From NCBI GenBank assembly GCA_013239625.1, contig MU053881.1:1674001-1738000 (forward strand): a DNA stretch of 64,000 bases. The letters run 5' to 3'. The notes below the pieces were generated by a model, which was not told the origin of the DNA, did no database searches, and worked only from the letters and a program-made list of their open reading frames with translations. Numbering within the stretch: position 1 is the stretch's first letter; every line of letters starts with the position of its first letter. Source of the DNA: Lama guanicoe. Lineage: Eukaryota. Positions 59,293-64,000 of the stretch are shown here, piece after piece. The position numbers and the translations under genes were made by a program.

Positions 59293-60127
59293 AGTCAATT
59301 AAAAACTCATCCTTAATTTTAAAATGGGCAAATAAGCATTTCTACAAAAGTACACAAACAGCCAATAAGCACCCGAAAAGTTGCTCAACATCATTAACCA
59401 TCAGGGAAATGCAAATCAAACCCACAATGAGATACCACTTCACACCCACTAGGATGACTATAAGGAAAAAGTCAGATTACAGTAAGTATTGATGAGAATG
59501 AAGAGAAATTGGAACGCTTGCATGCTGCTGGTAGGAATGTAAAATGGTGCAGCCACTTTGCAAGACAGCCTGGTATTTCCCCCAAAAGTTAACAAGTTAC
59601 CACATGGCCCAGCAATTCTTTTCTAAGTATGTATCCAAGAGAAGAATAAAAAACATATGCCCACATGAAAACTTACACGTGAATGTTCAAAGCAGCGCTA
59701 TTCACAACAGCCAAAATGTGGAAACAACCCAGTCCATCAACTGATGAATGGATAAAACATGGTATATCCAAAGAGTGGACTGTTGTGTAGCAATGGCGCT
59801 CTGACACGTGTTACAACATGGGCAAACCTTGAAAACATGCTAAGTGAAAGAAGCCAGACACAAGAGGCCGTGTACTATAATGATCCCGTTTCTGTGAAAT
59901 GTCCAGAACAGGGACATCTATAGACAGAAAGTAGATTAGTGGTTACTTAGGCCCAGGGAGGATGAGGGGACAGAGGTGACAGCTAAAGGGTGTGGGGCTC
60001 TCTTCGAAGCAATGAAAATGTCCTAAAATTGATTGTGGTGATGGCTGAACAACTCGGTGAATATACCACAACCACTGAACTGTATATTTTAAATGGGCTA
60101 ATTATATATAGGAATTATATCTCAATT
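59293..60127 (+). mobile_element. Old L1 (L1MB/MC-like) 3' region
   Basis: cagggaaatgcaaatcaaacccacaatgagataccacttcacacccactagg...gctaagtgaaagaagccagacacaa. Confidence 0.85.
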
Positions 60128-60303
60128 TACCTTTTAGACAGTTTTTATGGGTTTATTCATTTTTATTTTATTAATGTTTTGAAGGGGGAGGTAATTAAGT
60201 TTATTTATTTCCTTTTTTTTTTTTAATGGAGGTTCTGGGGATTGAACCTAGGACCTCATGCATGCTAAGCATGTGCTCTACCACTGAGCTATACCCTCCT
60301 CCC
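60128..60303 (-). mobile_element. tRNA-derived SINE (camelid vic-1-like), inverted copy inserted in the L1 tail
   Basis: Reverse complement gggaggagggtatagctcagtggtagagc...ggttcaatcccca; flanking tatatctca(a/g)tt duplication. Confidence 0.9.
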
Positions 60304-61949
60304 ATATATCTCAGTTAAAAAAAAATCATCATCATCCCCAACTTTTTAAAAGATAGGACCTTAGTCCATCTAGGTCTAAATTTCACATTTTATAGACAAG
60401 GCACTGAAGCCCAGAGAGGTTAAACGAATTGCCCAGTGTCATTTGTCATTTAGAACCCTGATCTCCAACCCATTAGCCATTACATTCTCACCCAGTATAC
60501 ACTGACTGCTTCAAGTGAGTGTGAGTGGCCAAACAAAATCAGTGAAGTCACACAAACCGCCTCGGATCTGGCACAGATCTCCGAGACCGGTGTGAGAAAT
60601 ACACTGTGGGGTTTACTGAAGATAGATTTGTTCTTTGTACTTCATTGTTTTCTGGCTCAAAAAGCTGACACTTGTGACCTGGCCAGGCCAAGATTCCTAT
60701 ACTTTCACTACCCAGCCACATTTCATAACCTTTGAGCTAAAGTTGAACATGAAGTCACAGGAGGTGAGCAGAGCATTGGAGACTAGTGGACCAGGGTTCA
60801 AATTCAGCTTTGTGTGAGCGGGATGGAGCAATCCCCTTTATGAGCCTCCGTAAATTATGAATAATAAAGATATTCTCTGCGAGCACTGGATAAGACATTA
60901 CACTTGGCACATAAATGTTAATTCCTTCCTTCTTCCACATGAGAACTGAGAGGCCTTCATAACCAAGACTAGTCAAGCACATTTGCCTCAATTGGGTTTC
61001 CCAGGGATGAAATTCTCCATGGAACTCGTTATGCCCCATGCACACATCTGGGAGCACCTTTCCCCTTTGCAACCCTGACACGTTGTTACCCACCCCACAA
61101 GGCTGAAAGAGGAGCAGAAAACCATCCTGCAGAGCCCTGCCAGCCTTATGCTCAGAGGAGCTCTGCTCTCACTTGCCTCTTGGGGAGGTCTCCCCAGGGT
61201 GGGCCAGAACTGTTACTGTAGGACTGAGGAAGAGGGAGGAGTGGGGGTTGGGTCTGGGGTGAGAAATTGTATAGCAATGCAGTGGACAGTCAGGCAATGC
61301 TGGCAGTAACCCCTAGTCCTAAAGTTCAGGAGCCACTATATTTTCTCAAGAAATTCCAAAGTGAAAACATTTAAAAGGTCAATTTGGGGTTACACTGTGC
61401 ATACAACCTTTATTTTCAAATTATTTTTTGTTTCTTATGGAACATATTCTCAGTGTTCAACTGATGTATTTTTCTATTTGTGAAATTATTTGGGGTCTAA
61501 GGTTAGCAGGAATTGTATCCTAATTTTCTTTATTAAAATACAAAATTTAAAAAAAAACTATGTTTTTTTGTGTAAGGTCTACACGTGGTTACAGGGTTTA
61601 AAGGTTAGGTTTTCAGTTGGCTTAGACACCCTGTGCTGGCAAGGCCAGCTGCAGACTTCTAAAGTTCCACTTTGTGACCTGTTCCACCACCACAAAAATG
61701 GCAGGCCTACCACCGCATAATCAAAGGCAATTAACTTATAGCAATGATCAAATTATCATTCATCCAATGTTCCAAGACAAGGTACAAGAAATAAGTCAGA
61801 GGTACAAGGTCCACCGCAGCCCAGGCCTGCTGGCCTCCCCAGCGTCACCGTCCACTAATCCTCTACAGACAACTGCAAACGGGGCGCCTACTCAGAGCTC
61901 TCCTCCGCCACACCTCCAAGTCTCAGACCCAGTGCCGGTCCCCAGCGTT

Positions 61950-62909
61950 CACGCTGCCTTCCCGAAGCTCAGCAACCGCTAGCTGTTTCCGCGATGTGCG
62001 CCGTGTGTGCGGTGCCATGTGGCGGTAGGAACCAGGGGAAACAGGGTTAGGGTTGCCAGTGGGGAGTCGGCTGGACTGCAGTCTCAGACACGGTGGTCGG
62101 AAGAACCTCTCCCGCGGGAAATACCTGAGTGGGAAGGGTGGGAGCGAGCCCCGCTCTCTGGGGAAGAGCGGTCCAGACCGAGCGCTCAGTGAGCGGGGCC
62201 GCCCCTCTCCAGGAAAGAGAAAGCAGAGTGGGAGAAGTGCCGGTGTCAGACTCTATCTTAACCTTGGCAACTAGGGTGCACCCCTCGGGCGGGACCAGCT
62301 GCGGGCTCGGGACCTGACCAGGCTCCGTGCGGCGCATCTGAGGATCGGATTCGAAGGAGATTTGGAATCGCACGGAGCAGACTCCCATTCTTCCACGCCG
62401 CATTTTAGGCAAGGATTCCGTCCGCTTAGACGTGGTCACGTCCCTGGAGGTACACGCTCCTGCTCCTCCCGCCGCCGGGAGGGGAGAAGCCGGACTCTCA
62501 GAGGAGCCCAAGCGGGTGTCCTAGTCCCTCCCCTCCGTCTCCGGGCCCCGCCTCCCTCGGGGCTCCGCCTTGTACAGGCCCCGCCTTCCCCAGCCCCCGC
62601 CCTCCCCGGGTCCCGCCTTCTCCGGGCCCCGCCCCTCGCCTCAGACTCCCTCCGACTCAGATCCTAATCCGCTCTGCCTTGCCCCGCCTCAGTTATGGGA
62701 GTGATCCCGCCCCTACGGCCGAGACTCCGCCCCCACCCGCTGTATTTAAGGAGCTGAGCTTCAACGATTGGTCTGAGTCAGAGACCCGGGTTCCTAATTG
62801 GCTGTGGTGTACTGCCGGCTTTCCGCAGAGAGACATGACCCGGAAGTGATTCCTGAAGCTCCGCGTGGGTTTGCATCTGAGGTGCTCGATTGCCCCCACG
62901 GTCGCTGCG
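61950..62909 (+). promoter_or_regulatory. NHP2 CpG-island promoter (clustered GC boxes ~62540-62740, inverted CCAAT motifs, ETS CCGGAAGTG 62840-62848)
   Basis: Motifs read directly upstream of the NHP2 ATG. Confidence 0.8.
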
Positions 62910-63069
62910 ATGACCAAAATGAAGGCAGATTCGGATGGGCGGGAGGCTCAGGCGGACGCGTGCAGCGGGGAGCGCACTTACCATGAGCTGCTGGTGAATC
63001 TGAACCCCATTGCCCAGCCCCTGGCTTCTCGCCGCCTCACGAGGAAGCTCTACAAATGCATCAAGAAAG
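62910..63069 (+). CDS. NHP2: H/ACA ribonucleoprotein subunit NHP2, exon 1 coding part (160 nt)
   Basis: MTKMKADSDGREAQADACSGERTYHELLVNLNPIAQPLASRRLTRKLYKCIKK; AAAG|gtgcgg. Confidence 0.96.
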
Positions 63070-63149
63070 GTGCGGCGGACCTGGGTGGGCCGGGCCGGGA
63101 CGCGGGTGGTGGGTCAAGGGCCCCCAGACTGACTCTCCTGTCGTGGCAG

Positions 63150-63219
63150 CCGTGAAACAGAAGCAGATTCGGCGCGGGGTGAAGGAGGTTCAGAAATTTA
63201 TCAACAAAGGCGAAAAAGG
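63150..63219 (+). CDS. NHP2: NHP2 exon 2 (70 nt); gene continues beyond the window
   Basis: AVKQKQIRRGVKEVQKFINKGEKG (L7Ae family); ag/gtaag. Confidence 0.96.
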
Positions 63220-64000
63220 GTAAGAACCCCCTCCCGCCGGATTTTGCTTTTCAAAACGGTCCCAAAGTATCCCTGCTACTTAGTAAGGTAGTCGGTAAGA
63301 GTGCTCTGACAGCCTCATATGCAGAAGATAATTAGTTGGTAAATTCTCTTCAGTACAGATGCCGATACATACTCGAGCTCAAAGGGACACCACGGGGAAA
63401 GTGAATTCCAAGGGAAGCGAATCGTATAAGCCTACTCACTTAGGGTAGATCCCAGCTTCATTCATTCAGCGACTATTTACTGAGTGTCTACTCTTTTTCA
63501 GGCACTGTGCTATGGGGAGACAATGACATTAATCAACTACACACAAAATTACAAGTTGTAGAAAGAAAAGGATAGGGTGCAGTGAGGATGACTTCATTAC
63601 CCTACATCTCTCTTTTCTGGCATTTATCAGAATCTGAAACTTACTTGCATATTTATTCCCTGTATCTCCCACTCAGGCTAGATAGTAAGTTCTTTAAGAA
63701 CAAGATAAATCCTCTGACCGACTGCTTTATTTCCAGAAGTGTCTGGTACATTGTAGGTGCTCAAGAGATAAGTAATGCTTGTGGGGATTTGATGCTCACT
63801 GAGGAGTCTGACCTAGGTGGAGTAGCTGAGGTCTGAAGATACAGGAATTGGTGTGTGTGTTTGGCGGGACGCAGGGCATTCTGTGAGAAGAAAAGTGGAT
63901 CCGGGGCAGGAGAAGGTAGTGGTGTGCAGAAGTGTTAAACTCTCTCATGGGGCTTCATAAGCTGTGGTAAGTTTAATTTTTGTACTCAAGAGCTTTGGAC

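Noticed and set aside
62835..62849. Tiny uORF ATG ACC CGG AAG TGA upstream of NHP2
   Set aside because: Overlaps the ETS motif and probably lies at or upstream of the TSS.

Overview
Mammalian genomic DNA, probably camelid (tRNA-derived SINEs resemble the camelid vic-1 family), syntenic with human 5q35.3 in reverse orientation. In order: (1) the 3' part of COL23A1 (+; 22 phase-0 coding exons between 301 and 20855, ending [13 protein letters not shown]); (2) complete PHYKPL (+; 12 coding exons, 25997-38183, 450 aa); (3) complete HNRNPAB (-; CDS 44941-39476, 337 aa with the exon-7 cassette), convergent with and possibly overlapping PHYKPL; (4) a repeat-rich ~17 kb intergenic stretch (L1, MaLR, hAT-Charlie, SINE); (5) the first two exons of NHP2 (+). 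I see no wholly new gene system. The best leads are splicing oddities: a decayed COL23A1 exon with a possible in-frame rescue acceptor, a Cys-containing cassette exon followed by a UGCU array, and an intron in the PHYKPL 3' UTR that may span the HNRNPAB 3' exons antisense. Exon boundaries were read by eye from GT-AG sites and frame. Repeat family names and boundaries are approximate, and comparisons to human rely on recalled sequence.
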